From positions 512,001 to 576,000 of the forward strand of contig JBBCJC010000002.1 in the NCBI GenBank assembly GCA_037189525.1: a DNA stretch of 64,000 nucleotides, given 5' to 3'. This document shows positions 1 through 10,745 of the stretch, piece by piece; within the stretch, counting starts at the first letter, position 1, and each line of letters starts with the position of its first letter. The position numbers were made by a program, and so were the translations under genes. The notes under the pieces were generated by a model. It had not been told where the DNA came from and did no database searches. It was given only the letters and a program-made list of their open reading frames with translations. This DNA is from Gemmatimonadales bacterium. GTDB lineage: Bacteria > Gemmatimonadota > Gemmatimonadetes > Gemmatimonadales > GWC2-71-9.

Positions 1-1
1 G

Positions 2-2416
2 CCGGGCGCGGGTAAGACGACCGTGGTGCCGTGGCGGCTTCTGGATGCGCCCTGGCTCGCGGGTCGTAAGATCGTCATGCTGGAGCCGCGACGGGTGGCG
101 GCGCGCGCGGCGGCTGCGCGGCTTGCCTGGCATCTCGACGAGGCCGTGGGTGAGACGGTGGGATACCGGATCCGTTTCGATACCAAAGTTTCCGCCAGGA
201 CCCGGATCGAAGTCGTCACCGAAGGCGTGCTGGCGCGGATGATCGACGACGATCCGGCGCTGGAAGCGTACGGGCTCGTCATCTTCGACGAGTTCCACGA
301 ACGCAGCCTGCCCGGGGATCTCGGCCTGGCGCTCGCCCTGCAGAGCCGAGCTATCCTTCGCCCCGATCTGCGCCTGCTGGTAATGTCGGCGACGCTCGAT
401 GCGGCGGCGGTATCCCGGTTGCTGGGCAATGCGCCGGTGCTCGACGCGCCCGGACGGGTCTTTCCCGTCGAAACCCGCTACCGGCCTGCGCGCCCCGAAG
501 CCCGGTTCGAGGCTCACGTTGCTACGGTCGTTCGCGAAGCGCTGGCGGAAGAGGCGGGCGACATCCTCGTTTTCCTGCCGGGCATCGGCGAGATCCGGCG
601 GGTGGAGACAATCCTGCAGGAAGGGGACGTCGGCCGCCACGGGGACGTCGCCGTGATGCCGTTACACGGCACCCTGCCCGCCGCTGCGCAGGATGCGGCC
701 CTGCGTCCCGGGACCACGCGTCGTGTCATCCTGGCCACCAGTATCGCGGAAACCAGCCTCACCGTGCCGGGTGTGCGGGTCGTGATCGATGGTGGACGGA
801 TTCGGGTGCCCCGATTCTCTCCCCGTACCGGCATGAGCCGTCTCGAAACCGTGCCGGTGACGCGCGACTCGGCCGATCAGCGTCGCGGTCGCGCGGGGCG
901 CACCGAGCCTGGGGTGTGCTATCGGCTGTGGTCGCCGGTGGAGGAACTGAGCTTTGCCGAGCATCGGACGCCGGAGATCCTCTCGGCGGACTTAGCACCG
1001 CTGGCGCTCGATCTCGCGGCCGCCGGAGTTGCCGACGTGGCGGAGCTGTCATGGTTGGATCGTCCGCCGACAGCGGCGCTGGCCCAGGCGCGTGCGCTGC
1101 TCTCGCTGTTGGGCGCGGTCGACGATGCGCATCATATCACGCCGGTTGGCCGGTCCATGGTGTCGATGGCGGTCCATCCGCGGCTGGCGCGGATGATCGT
1201 CTCGGCACGGGAGGGCGGAGTTGCGGAGCACGCCCTTGCCATCGAATTGGCCACGCTGTTGTCCGATCGCGATCCGGTTCGCCGGACCGACCCGCGAGAA
1301 CTACCGGACGTGGACCTGCGATTGCGAGTCGACGCCGTGACCACCGGCAGAACGCCGGCCGGTCTCCAGATCGATCATGGGGCGAAGTCGCGATTGCAGA
1401 GTGACATCCGCGAATGGCGGAAGCGAGCCGGGATCGCTCGGGAGGTCCGGTCCGACACGGAACAGGTCGGGCGGCTCCTGGCAGCTGCGTATCCCGATCG
1501 GGTTGCCCAGCGACGAGCGGGGCAGGTCGGGCGGTTCTTGCTTCGGAATGGCCGAGGTGTTGCCGTGCCCCCTGATCAGCCGCTGGCGCGTGCCGACTAC
1601 ATCGTCGCCGCGGATCTGGACGATACCGGTGCCGAGAGCCGGGTTTTGCTCGCGGCTCCGCTTGGCGCCGATGTGGTCGATGCGCTGGTCCAGCAGCACG
1701 GCGAGCGGCGCGTGGCCGTCGAATGGGATCCGGCTCGGCGGTCGATGCGGCTTTTCGAACGCCTGCAGCTGGGTGAGATCGTCGTGACGGAACGACAGCT
1801 GGCTGATCCCGATCCCGACCGGATTCGCGAAGGTGTCCTCGCCGTGATCCGGGCCGAGGGGCTTGAGCTGCTGCGCTGGTCGGAGGCGGCCGTGCGTTTG
1901 CGGGAACGGCTGGCAACGCTCCATCACGCCGATCCAACCGGGTGGCCCGACGTGTCCGATACGGCGCTGCTCGAATCGATCGACGGATGGCTGGCATCGG
2001 CCGTGGTGTCGGGCGCCGTCGATGCCATCGATCTCACGTCCGCCCTGCGCAGCTTGTTGAGCCATGAGCAGCAGCGCCAGCTCGATCGGATGGCGCCGGA
2101 ACACTATGAGGTGCCGACCGGCTCCCGCATCCGGATCGACTACAGTGACCCCGCGGCGCCGGTCCTTCCGGTTCGGCTGCAGGAAATGTTCGGCGAGCAG
2201 GTGACGCCGCGGATCGCGAACGGAACCATTCCGCTCACGGTCCATCTCCTGTCGCCGGCGGGGCGACCGATTCAGGTCACGCGCGACCTGGCCGGGTTCT
2301 GGCGTACCAGCTATTTCGATGTGCGGAAAGACATGCGCGGGCGCTATCCCAAGCACGACTGGCCCGAGAACCCGCTCGACGCGACACCCACCCGTCGCGC
2401 CAAGCGGAAATCCTGA
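2..2416 (+). CDS. hrpB: ATP-dependent helicase HrpB (5' end lies outside the window)
   Basis: The frame reads PGAGKTT (Walker A) from base 2. It also has DEFHER, MSAT, ATSIAETSLT, QRRGRAGR and the HrpB C-terminal LLSPAGRPIQVTRDL...RGRYPKHDWP motif. Confidence 0.95.
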   Translation, partial: PGAGKTTVVPWRLLDAPWLAGRKIVMLEPRRVAARAAAARLAWHLDEAVGETVGYRIRFDTKVSARTRIEVVTEGVLARMIDDDPALEAYGLVIFDEFHERSLPGDLGLALALQSRAILRPDLRLLVMSATLDAAAVSRLLGNAPVLDAPGRVFPVETRYRPARPEARFEAHVATVVREALAEEAGDILVFLPGIGEIRRVETILQEGDVGRHGDVAVMPLHGTLPAAAQDAALRPGTTRRVILATSIAETSLTVPGVRVVIDGGRIRVPRFSPRTGMSRLETVPVTRDSADQRRGRAGRTEPGVCYRLWSPVEELSFAEHRTPEILSADLAPLALDLAAAGVADVAELSWLDRPPTAALAQARALLSLLGAVDDAHHITPVGRSMVSMAVHPRLARMIVSAREGGVAEHALAIELATLLSDRDPVRRTDPRELPDVDLRLRVDAVTTGRTPAGLQIDHGAKSRLQSDIREWRKRAGIAREVRSDTEQVGRLLAAAYPDRVAQRRAGQVGRFLLRNGRGVAVPPDQPLARADYIVAADLDDTGAESRVLLAAPLGADVVDALVQQHGERRVAVEWDPARRSMRLFERLQLGEIVVTERQLADPDPDRIREGVLAVIRAEGLELLRWSEAAVRLRERLATLHHADPTGWPDVSDTALLESIDGWLASAVVSGAVDAIDLTSALRSLLSHEQQRQLDRMAPEHYEVPTGSRIRIDYSDPAAPVLPVRLQEMFGEQVTPRIANGTIPLTVHLLSPAGRPIQVTRDLAGFWRTSYFDVRKDMRGRYPKHDWPENPLDATPTRRAKRKS

Positions 2417-2419
2417 GGC

Positions 2420-4549
2420 TCAGGCAGGGTACAGCGAGCGATCGTCCCGGGCGAGGTCGCGGAGTAGCGCCGGCGGCCTGAACCGCTCGCCGAAGCGATC
2501 GGCCAGCGCATCGCACTCGTCCGCCAGGCGCCGAGTCCCGATCCGGTCGATGTACGACGCGACACCGCCGTGAAAGGGGCAGAAACCCCATCCGAGAATC
2601 GAACCGACGTCCGCGTCCTCCGGCCGGGATACAATCCCTTCCTCCATACAGCGGAGCGTCTCGATCGCCTGAATGTGCAGCAGACGCTGTTGCACCAGTT
2701 CGACCGACGGTTGGATAGCTGCTTTGGGGTAATGCGTCTCGAGCAGCGGCCAGAGCGTGGCGTCGCGCTCGTGGTAGTCGAAGAACCCGGCCTTGACCTT
2801 CTGTCCGTATCGCCCCTGCTGGACCATGAACTCGATGATCGGATCGGCCGGATGTGGTGCGTAGCTGGCGCCGAGATCCGCTTCGGTCTGCAGGCGGATC
2901 TTGTGAGACAGATCGAGGTTGACCATGTCGGCCACGGTCAGCGGTCCCATCGGCATTCCGGCCAGCCGGCCCGCGTGATCGATCAGCGCCGCGCCCGTGC
3001 CTTCCCCCAGCATCGCGACACCTTCCGTCAGGTACGTGCCGAAAACGCGGCTCGTGAAGAAGCCGCGCCCGTCCTGGACCACGACCGGTGTCTTGCCGAT
3101 GGCCTGGACGAAGTCGAGCGCCTGGGCCAGCGTCGTATCCGACGTATGCGCACCAAGAATGACCTCGACCAGAGCCATCTTCTCCACCGGGCTGAAGAAG
3201 TGGAGACCGATGAATTGCTCCGGGCGGACGCTGGTCTCCGCCAGTCCGGACACCGGCAGCGTCGAGGTATTGGTGCCCATGATTGCCTCGGGTCCAATCA
3301 CCGCTTCGGCCTGACGAGTGACCTCGGCCTTGAGGTCTCGCCGCTCGAACACGGCTTCGATCACGAGGGATGATCCCGCCAGGTCGGCAAAATCGGCGGT
3401 TGGGCGGATGCGGTCGAGTGTTGCGGCCGCCTTCTCCTCGGTGAGCCGGCCTTTCTTGACCGCATCGGCGAGGATGGCTCCGACCCGCTCCTTACCGCGT
3501 TCGGCGGCGGCACGATCGACATCCAGCAGCACGACATCGATGCCATTGAGGGCGGCGGCGTGGGCAATCCCGTGGCCCATCAGCCCCGCGCCGAGAATGC
3601 CGACTTGGCGGTAGGATGCCTTGGGAATTCCGGCGGGGCGGTGTTCGAGCCGCTTGGCGCTGCCCATGCTGAAGAACAGGGTACGCACCATGTTGCGGGT
3701 CGACGGGTGGAACACCAGTTCCACGAAGCCTCGCGCTTCGATCTTGAGTCCCTGATCGATCGGCAGTTGAAGGCCGTGATAGATCGCGTAGGTCGCCAGG
3801 CGCGGGGCTGGATAGTTCCCCCACGTTTCTCTGGTGATCATCGCATTGGTGCCGACGAAGGTCTCGAGCCCCGCCGGCGAATGCACCTCGCCGCCCGGGA
3901 TCCGATATCCCTTCTTGTCCCACGGCTGGATGGGCTCGATGCTGCGGACCAGTGCGCGGGCGCGATCGAGCAGTGCGTCGCGCGCGACCACTTCGGTGAC
4001 AAAACCGAGTTCGAGCGCTTTGCGAGGCGGAACCGTTTTCCCCTGGGTGATCAAGCCGATCGCTTCGCGGGCGCCGATCAGGCGGGGCAGGCGCTGGGTG
4101 CCGCCGCCTCCCGGGAGCAGACCAAGCGACACCTCCGGCAGCCCGATCCGAATCGCCGGATCGTCCGCCACCACGCGAGCATGACAGGCCAGGGCAAGCT
4201 CGAATCCGCCGCCTAAAGCGGTGCCGTTGAGCGCGGCCACGACCGGTTTGCCGCCCGTTTCCAGCGTCCGCGTGAGTTGCTGCAGGCTCCGCACCCGTTC
4301 CAGAAACTCGGCCCGGGTCATCTGTGCCGCTGCCAGCAGCATCTTGAGGTCGGCCCCAACCAGGAAGTCCGGCTTTGCGGACGTCAGGATGATGCCGGTC
4401 ACGGCGGGGTCGTGGATCAGGCTGCCGACGGCATCGCGCAGCTCGGCGAGAGACTCCTCGGACAACACGTTGGGCGCTTTCCCGGGCGAGTCGAACGTCA
4501 GGATCGCGATCCCGTCGGCATCGGTTTGGACGGTGAGATGGGTAGGCAT
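2420..4549 (-). CDS. Fatty-acid oxidation multifunctional enzyme (enoyl-CoA hydratase / 3-hydroxyacyl-CoA dehydrogenase, FadJ/FadB-like)
   Basis: Crotonase motifs [10 protein letters not shown] and [24 protein letters not shown]-binding [20 protein letters not shown]. Confidence 0.95.
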   Translation of the reverse strand: MPTHLTVQTDADGIAILTFDSPGKAPNVLSEESLAELRDAVGSLIHDPAVTGIILTSAKPDFLVGADLKMLLAAAQMTRAEFLERVRSLQQLTRTLETGGKPVVAALNGTALGGGFELALACHARVVADDPAIRIGLPEVSLGLLPGGGGTQRLPRLIGAREAIGLITQGKTVPPRKALELGFVTEVVARDALLDRARALVRSIEPIQPWDKKGYRIPGGEVHSPAGLETFVGTNAMITRETWGNYPAPRLATYAIYHGLQLPIDQGLKIEARGFVELVFHPSTRNMVRTLFFSMGSAKRLEHRPAGIPKASYRQVGILGAGLMGHGIAHAAALNGIDVVLLDVDRAAAERGKERVGAILADAVKKGRLTEEKAAATLDRIRPTADFADLAGSSLVIEAVFERRDLKAEVTRQAEAVIGPEAIMGTNTSTLPVSGLAETSVRPEQFIGLHFFSPVEKMALVEVILGAHTSDTTLAQALDFVQAIGKTPVVVQDGRGFFTSRVFGTYLTEGVAMLGEGTGAALIDHAGRLAGMPMGPLTVADMVNLDLSHKIRLQTEADLGASYAPHPADPIIEFMVQQGRYGQKVKAGFFDYHERDATLWPLLETHYPKAAIQPSVELVQQRLLHIQAIETLRCMEEGIVSRPEDADVGSILGWGFCPFHGGVASYIDRIGTRRLADECDALADRFGERFRPPALLRDLARDDRSLYPA

Positions 4550-4553
4550 GGCG

Positions 4554-5759
<1,206 letters not shown>

Positions 5760-5811
5760 GGGCCAGCGCCTGTCGGAAAAGCGGCCGTGAAGGAATCGGG
5801 TAATCAAGCAT

Positions 5812-5831
5812 AATACAACGATCGTTATATT
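5812..5831. promoter_or_regulatory. Palindromic operator-like site between the divergent thiolase and DJ-1 genes
   Basis: AATACAACGATCGTTATATT is symmetric at 18 of 20 positions and AT-rich in a GC-rich context. Confidence 0.55.
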
Positions 5832-5901
5832 CGCGTTGATTGTCTGCGGTGGGCGCGGCTCGTACTTTCAGCCGTTCCCCTAATGTCCTGATGAGGTACC
5901 G

Positions 5902-6603
5902 ATGTCCGCACTGCAGTTTGGCATGGTGCTCTTTCCCGATCTCACGCACCTGGACCTGGCCGGGCCATTCGAAGTCTTCGGACGAGTGCCGGGGGCGACT
6001 GTGCGAGCGGTAGCCGCGACCCGCGATCCGGTGCGGAGCGACACGGGGCTTGCTTGGCTGCCAGATCTGACCTTCGATGAGGCGCCGGCTTTCGATGTGA
6101 TCTGCGTCCCCGGTGGTCCCGGCGTCAATCCGGCCATGGAGAACGAAGCCCTCCTCGACTGGTTGCGCCGGCAAGCGTCTGGCGCGCGCTTCGTAACCTC
6201 GGTCTGCACCGGATCACTGGTGCTCGGCGCAGCCGGCCTTCTACGTGGCTATCGGGCGACCACGCATTGGATGTCCCATCCGTTGCTGGCGCACTTCGGC
6301 GCCATTCCGATCGCGGAACGCGTTGTGGTCGACCGCAACCGGATCACCGGCGGCGGAGTGACGGCAGGCATCGACTTCGGCCTCACGGTAGCTGCGGAAC
6401 TGGCCGGTGAGGCGGCCGCCAAGCAGATCCAGTTGATGCTGGAGTACGACCCCGCGCCCCCGTTCGATGCCGGCTCTCCGGCGCGGGCCGAGCCCGAAAC
6501 CGTGGCGGCGGTGCAGGCCGGCGCCGCACCCTACTTCAGCCGGCGGCAGGCGATCGTGACTCGCGCGGCAAGCCGGCTCGGTCTTCCCGCGTCAGACGCG
6601 TAG
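5902..6603 (+). CDS. DJ-1/PfpI family protein (isonitrile hydratase-like)
   Basis: LDLAGPFEVF, VPGGPG, SVCTGSL (catalytic Cys), GGGVTAGIDF and LEYDPAPPFDAGSP. Confidence 0.9.
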   Translation: MSALQFGMVLFPDLTHLDLAGPFEVFGRVPGATVRAVAATRDPVRSDTGLAWLPDLTFDEAPAFDVICVPGGPGVNPAMENEALLDWLRRQASGARFVTSVCTGSLVLGAAGLLRGYRATTHWMSHPLLAHFGAIPIAERVVVDRNRITGGGVTAGIDFGLTVAAELAGEAAAKQIQLMLEYDPAPPFDAGSPARAEPETVAAVQAGAAPYFSRRQAIVTRAASRLGLPASDA

Positions 6604-7095
6604 TCACGGCAGGAAGCGGTGTCGGGCCTCGGCCGGCGGTAAGGGACAACTGTCGTAGCGGCCAAAGAGCCGGTAGCGCCAGTGGGCCACGATGTCGTAG
6701 AGGGAGTCGCGGATTTCGCGCGGGATCAGATACCCGATCAGCAGCAGTTTCCAGCCCTTGCCCAGGTAGCGGAAGATCCGAAGCACGGCGGTGGATCGTG
6801 TCGTGATGTGGTCGCCCTCGACCAGGACGATCGAGGCGGGGGTCGCCACGTCGGGATGCGCAGCGAGAAGGGCCTGGCCGTACTCGCTGGTCAGGGCCGC
6901 AAACCGAAGCGGCCCTTGGCGATCGACCCGGAGCAGAAACCGCACCCACCCGTTGCAGAGGGCACAGTGCCCGTCGTAGAGGAGGACCGGTCCCGGCTCA
7001 GACGAGGCCGGCTTCGCGGAGTTCCTCTTCGAAGTCGGGAGCGGGTACCTGTGGTCGGCGGAAGTACCACCACTGTTCCGAGGGCTCGTAGCCAT
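6604..7095 (-). CDS. DCC1-like thiol-disulfide oxidoreductase family protein (DUF393)
   Basis: LYDGHCALCNGWV (DxxCxxC) and RYRLFGRYDSC. The start is uncertain: the nearest in-frame ATG is at 7095, inside the upstream gene. Confidence 0.85.
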   Translation of the reverse strand: MATSPRNSGGTSADHRYPLPTSKRNSAKPASSEPGPVLLYDGHCALCNGWVRFLLRVDRQGPLRFAALTSEYGQALLAAHPDVATPASIVLVEGDHITTRSTAVLRIFRYLGKGWKLLLIGYLIPREIRDSLYDIVAHWRYRLFGRYDSCPLPPAEARHRFLP

Positions 7096-7414
7096 TCTCC
7101 CTCGCATGACGTTCGCCCCAGATCGGCGGACATTCCACCGTCAGGTCTTTGAACCGCTGGTCGAGCGCTGCGAGTTTCGGCTCGGCGGCGGCGCGGTCGT
7201 CGTTGGCGGCGATTTCCAGGGCCCCCTGCAAGACGTCGCGGAGGTCCATGTCGTTCTGGTAGTCGCCGAAGGTGAGGTCATACCCCTCCTCCACGGCGTC
7301 GACCAGACTGGCCCAGTGGGAAATCAGGCCGTCGAGGCCCCCCTTCACGACGCTCGCTGAGCAGCCTCGGCGTCGGAGATACTGGCGTACGCGATCAGGT
7401 TGTTGCGTCATCAT
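6998..7414 (-). CDS. Hypothetical protein
   Basis: 138-aa ORF with natural composition (YDLTFGDYQNDMDLRD...WWYFRRP) and a purine-rich RBS (GGGGGTAGGA) before the ATG. Confidence 0.7.
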   Translation of the reverse strand: MMTQQPDRVRQYLRRRGCSASVVKGGLDGLISHWASLVDAVEEGYDLTFGDYQNDMDLRDVLQGALEIAANDDRAAAEPKLAALDQRFKDLTVECPPIWGERHARENGYEPSEQWWYFRRPQVPAPDFEEELREAGLV

Positions 7415-7589
7415 TCCTACCCCCGTCGAACTTGGCGCCGGAAGTATGCCTCGCCGTCGATCGGCTGGAAAAAGGTCCGTATCAGGCCATCGGTCGCCGC
7501 TGGCCGCGGCGGCAGGTTCCACACCCGACCGCGATAGAATGTCAGCATCACGGCCAATGGTCAACCGCCAGCGCCCCGCTTTGGCAAGA

Positions 7590-8585
7590 TCAGCGCCGTC
7601 GTCCCTCGTACCAGCCCCGAATCGGACGGGGGGTGTAGGGCGCCTCGAGCGCGGCGACCTCGTCGTCGGTCAGGCGGAGGGCCACCCCCCGAACCGCCGA
7701 CTCCAGATGCTCCAGCTTGGTCGCCCCGATGATCGGCGCGGTCACCCCCGGCCTCGAGGCCAGCCACGCCAGCGCCGTCTCCGCGGGACTCACCCCGCGC
7801 GCGGCGGCCACTTTGGCGTTGGCCTCGAGAATGGCGCCGTCGCCCGGGTGGTCATAGAGCTGCCCGATCTGTCCCTTGTCCGTCGCCCCTCGGCTGGTGG
7901 TGGTCAGGTCGAGGGAACTCCGGGCCAGGAGACCGCGCGCCAGCGGCGACCACGGGATTACCCCGAGCCCCTGGTCGAGGCAGAGCGGGATCATCTCCCG
8001 CTCCTCCTCGCGATACAACAGGTTGTAGTGATTTTGCATCGACACGAACCGGGCCATCCCCAGCCGGTCGGCCGTGCCCAGCGCCTTCATCAGCTTCCAG
8101 GCGAAGGTCGTGCTGGCGCCGATGTAGCGAACCTTGCCCTGCTGCACCAAGAGGTCGAGGGCGGCCACCGTCTCCTCGATCGGCGTTTCGGGGTCGAATC
8201 GATGCACCTGATAGAGGTCGATCGTTTCGACGCCGAGTCGCTTGAGGCTGGCCTCGCAGGCCTGGACGATATGCTTCCGGGAGAGCCCGACCATGTTCGG
8301 CCCGCCGGGGCGCATCTCGAAGAACACTTTGGTCGCGATGACCACCTCGTCCAGCCGGGCGTAGTCGCGGAGCAACCGACCGGTGACCTCCTCGCTCCGG
8401 CCCAGCGAGTACATATCAGCCGTATCGAAGAAGTTGATGCCGAGTTCGACGGCGCGCCGGAAAAACGGGCGGGCGGCCTCCTCATCCAGGACCCAGGATC
8501 GCCAGCCAGGGTTGCCATAGCTCATACAGCCGAGACAAACGCGGGAGACGACGAGGCCGCTGGTGCCGAGACGGGAATATTCCAT
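7590..8585 (-). CDS. Aldo/keto reductase
   Basis: MEYSRLGTSGLVVSRVCLGCM, DTADMYSLG, SLKRLGVETIDLYQVHR, PWSPLARG and PIIGATK. Confidence 0.95.
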   Translation of the reverse strand: MEYSRLGTSGLVVSRVCLGCMSYGNPGWRSWVLDEEAARPFFRRAVELGINFFDTADMYSLGRSEEVTGRLLRDYARLDEVVIATKVFFEMRPGGPNMVGLSRKHIVQACEASLKRLGVETIDLYQVHRFDPETPIEETVAALDLLVQQGKVRYIGASTTFAWKLMKALGTADRLGMARFVSMQNHYNLLYREEEREMIPLCLDQGLGVIPWSPLARGLLARSSLDLTTTSRGATDKGQIGQLYDHPGDGAILEANAKVAAARGVSPAETALAWLASRPGVTAPIIGATKLEHLESAVRGVALRLTDDEVAALEAPYTPRPIRGWYEGRRR

Positions 8586-8749
8586 CCACGGGAAATAGCC
8601 GGACGACCGGCCCCCGACAAGACGGGCCGTCGGCACAGGTGCTGGGTCGACCCGGCACCGCCGGCGCACGGGTACGCCCGCCCGCGTTGCGCGGGAAGGG
8701 GACCCGGGTTTTTTTCTGGCGTTGCCATCACCGGATGCGGGAGAGACCG

Positions 8750-9529
8750 ATGTCGCAAATTCGAACAGTCGCAGCTACCGTCCTGTTGGGCGTAGCCGCC
8801 GTGGCCCCGCTTCTCGCGCAGGAGGCGCCGGTCAAGACCCGCTCCTTCTCGGCCGACTTCGGTTTCGTCAGTGCGGCGGGCAATACCAACGTCACCACCT
8901 TGAACTTCGGCGACCGCCTGGTGCTCAACACGGCGGACAAGAAGCTGATCTTTACACAGACCTTCAACGCGGTGCGGAGCGAAGCCGATGGTTCCCGCAC
9001 GGCCGAGAACTATCGTACCCAGATGCGTCTGGACCGGGGGCTGGGACACAGCTTCTATGCCTTCGTGCTGGGTGGCTGGGAGCGGAACGTCCCGGCCGGC
9101 GTGGCGCGGCGATTCGAAGAGACCGCCGGTATTGCGTACCAGGCCATTGCGACCGAGCGGGACCAGTTGAACGTCGAGATCGGTCTCTCGTTCTTTCAGC
9201 AGCGCAACGTCGAAGCGCAGCTTGGACAGAGCCTGGACGACAACTACACGGCCGGTCGCGCCGCCGCGTTCTATAAGCGCGTGCTCCGGGGCCCCGCGTT
9301 CTTGTCGCAGCACCTCGAGTTCATTCCCAATTTCGACGACCAGAACGACTTCCGGATCAACACGGAAACCGCGTTGGTGGCTCCCCTGTCGACGGCGATC
9401 GGGGTCAAGCTGGGCTATGTCATTCGGTACGACAATTTCCCGGGCCTCCTGCCGGATCCGAACCCGAACCAGGAGCGGCTGCGCAAGGCCGACCGCTTCC
9501 TGACCGCGGGTCTCACGATCTCCTACTGA
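8750..9529 (+). CDS. DUF481/YdiY-like outer-membrane beta-barrel protein
   Basis: Signal peptide, SAAGNT motif, TAENY, amphipathic strands and C-terminal aromatic residue (LTISY). Confidence 0.8.
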   Translation: MSQIRTVAATVLLGVAAVAPLLAQEAPVKTRSFSADFGFVSAAGNTNVTTLNFGDRLVLNTADKKLIFTQTFNAVRSEADGSRTAENYRTQMRLDRGLGHSFYAFVLGGWERNVPAGVARRFEETAGIAYQAIATERDQLNVEIGLSFFQQRNVEAQLGQSLDDNYTAGRAAAFYKRVLRGPAFLSQHLEFIPNFDDQNDFRINTETALVAPLSTAIGVKLGYVIRYDNFPGLLPDPNPNQERLRKADRFLTAGLTISY

Positions 9530-9589
9530 GCCGCTTCCCATGCTGATCGATTCGAGGGGCGGCCCGGTGGGTCGCCCTTCGGGAGGTGC

Positions 9590-10039
9590 TTGCCGGTGAT
9601 GACGACGATCCTGGCCTCATTGGCCCTGTTCGGGGCGCCTCAGGCGGCTACCCTCCAGCGGATTCCGCAGGATTCGACGGCCAAAGCGGTCGCGGCAGCC
9701 CTGCAGGCGCAGTGGACGGCCCAGGTTGTGCGGGATACGGCGGCACTTCGCAACCTTTTGGGCGACGACCTCGTCTATATCCACTCGAACGCGTTGGTGG
9801 AGGACAAGGCCGGGTTCATCCGGACGGTGGCGACCGGGACGATCGTGTACCATGACGTCTCGCCCCTGGAGATGACGTATAGAGTGATGGGGGCGACCGT
9901 GGTGGGGAACGGGCGGGTCCGGGTACGGGTCGAACTGGGTGGGCGGGATCTCACCCTGGAACTGTTGGTGACGACCGTTCATGTCCGTCGGGACGGTCGG
10001 TGGCAGCTGGCGGCCTGGCAGTCGACCAGGGTCCAGTAG
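9590..10039 (+). CDS. Exported NTF2-like / DUF4440 protein
   Basis: LLGDDLVYIHSNALVEDK...RRDGRWQLAAWQST; GGAGG RBS before the TTG start. Confidence 0.8.
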   Translation: MPVMTTILASLALFGAPQAATLQRIPQDSTAKAVAAALQAQWTAQVVRDTAALRNLLGDDLVYIHSNALVEDKAGFIRTVATGTIVYHDVSPLEMTYRVMGATVVGNGRVRVRVELGGRDLTLELLVTTVHVRRDGRWQLAAWQSTRVQ

Positions 10040-10089
10040 ACGGCGGGTTACAGTGTATCTTTCGCTTTGTCCATCATTCAGGAGATCGT

Positions 10090-10575
10090 ATGCGGAAACT
10101 GGTTGCAGCGGCTGGGGTTGTGATCGCGGCGTTTGCGTTTGCGCCGCGGGCGGAGGCTCAGGCCTTCGGTGCGAACCTGTCGTGGGGTGACGACACCGAC
10201 TTCGGCCTCGGCGCCCGTGTCGCGTTCCCGATCGGTGGCAGCGTCGGGCAGAAGGGCATCAAGGGTCTGGCGACGTTCGATTATTTCTTCCCGGACGGGT
10301 TCGATTTCTGGGAGATCACCGGTAACGGTGTGTACGACATCTCCAGCTCCGGTTCCGCGACCCCGTACGTCGGCGCGGGTATCACCTTCGCGCGCGCTTC
10401 GTATGATGTAGGCCCCGGTTTCAACGGGAGCAATTCGGAGGTTGGTCTCAACCTGTTGGGCGGCGCTCGCTTCAAGCCGACCGGCAATGTCCAGCCGTTC
10501 GTCGAGGCGCGCTTCCAGATCCGTGACGGCAGTCAGTTCGTGCTCTCCGGCGGCGTTTTCTTCGGCAAGCTGTAA
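10090..10575 (+). CDS. Small outer-membrane beta-barrel protein (OmpA/porin-like 8-strand)
   Basis: Signal peptide ending AEAQ, PYVGAG, alternating hydrophobic strands, GGAG RBS. Confidence 0.8.
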   Translation: MRKLVAAAGVVIAAFAFAPRAEAQAFGANLSWGDDTDFGLGARVAFPIGGSVGQKGIKGLATFDYFFPDGFDFWEITGNGVYDISSSGSATPYVGAGITFARASYDVGPGFNGSNSEVGLNLLGGARFKPTGNVQPFVEARFQIRDGSQFVLSGGVFFGKL

Positions 10576-10598
10576 TCGATCGGAACCGATCGATCCCA

Positions 10599-10626
10599 GG
10601 CGGGCGGCTTCGGCCGCCCGCTTTGT
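10599..10626 (+). terminator. Intrinsic terminator
   Basis: GCGGGCGGC-TTCG-GCCGCCCGC stem-loop followed by TTTGT; a second small hairpin (ATCGATCGG-AA-CCGATCGAT) lies at 10575-10594. Confidence 0.8.
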
Positions 10627-10745
10627 CGTTTTCGGATCCCGACTGTGCGCAGCTTGCGTAGTTCTCCAGGTATCGAACGGATCTGCTTGACGGGATTTCG
10701 GCCGCCTCGTAGCTTGGCCCATCCGCGTCGATTCTTTCCCCAGCG

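Noticed and set aside
7415..7589. Possible riboswitch in the long leader of the hypothetical gene
   Set aside because: A plausible minus-strand promoter (TTGACC-N17-CATTCT) is present, but I recognised no aptamer consensus; an Rfam scan would be needed.
7272..8795. 507-aa plus-strand ORF, and similar long antisense ORFs (1301-2356, 16551-18305, 21870-23327, 30254-31939, 44582-45922, 46513-47934, 55487-57004)
   Set aside because: They lie antisense to motif-supported genes and have no recognisable motifs; this is the expected shadow-ORF pattern of high-GC codon usage.
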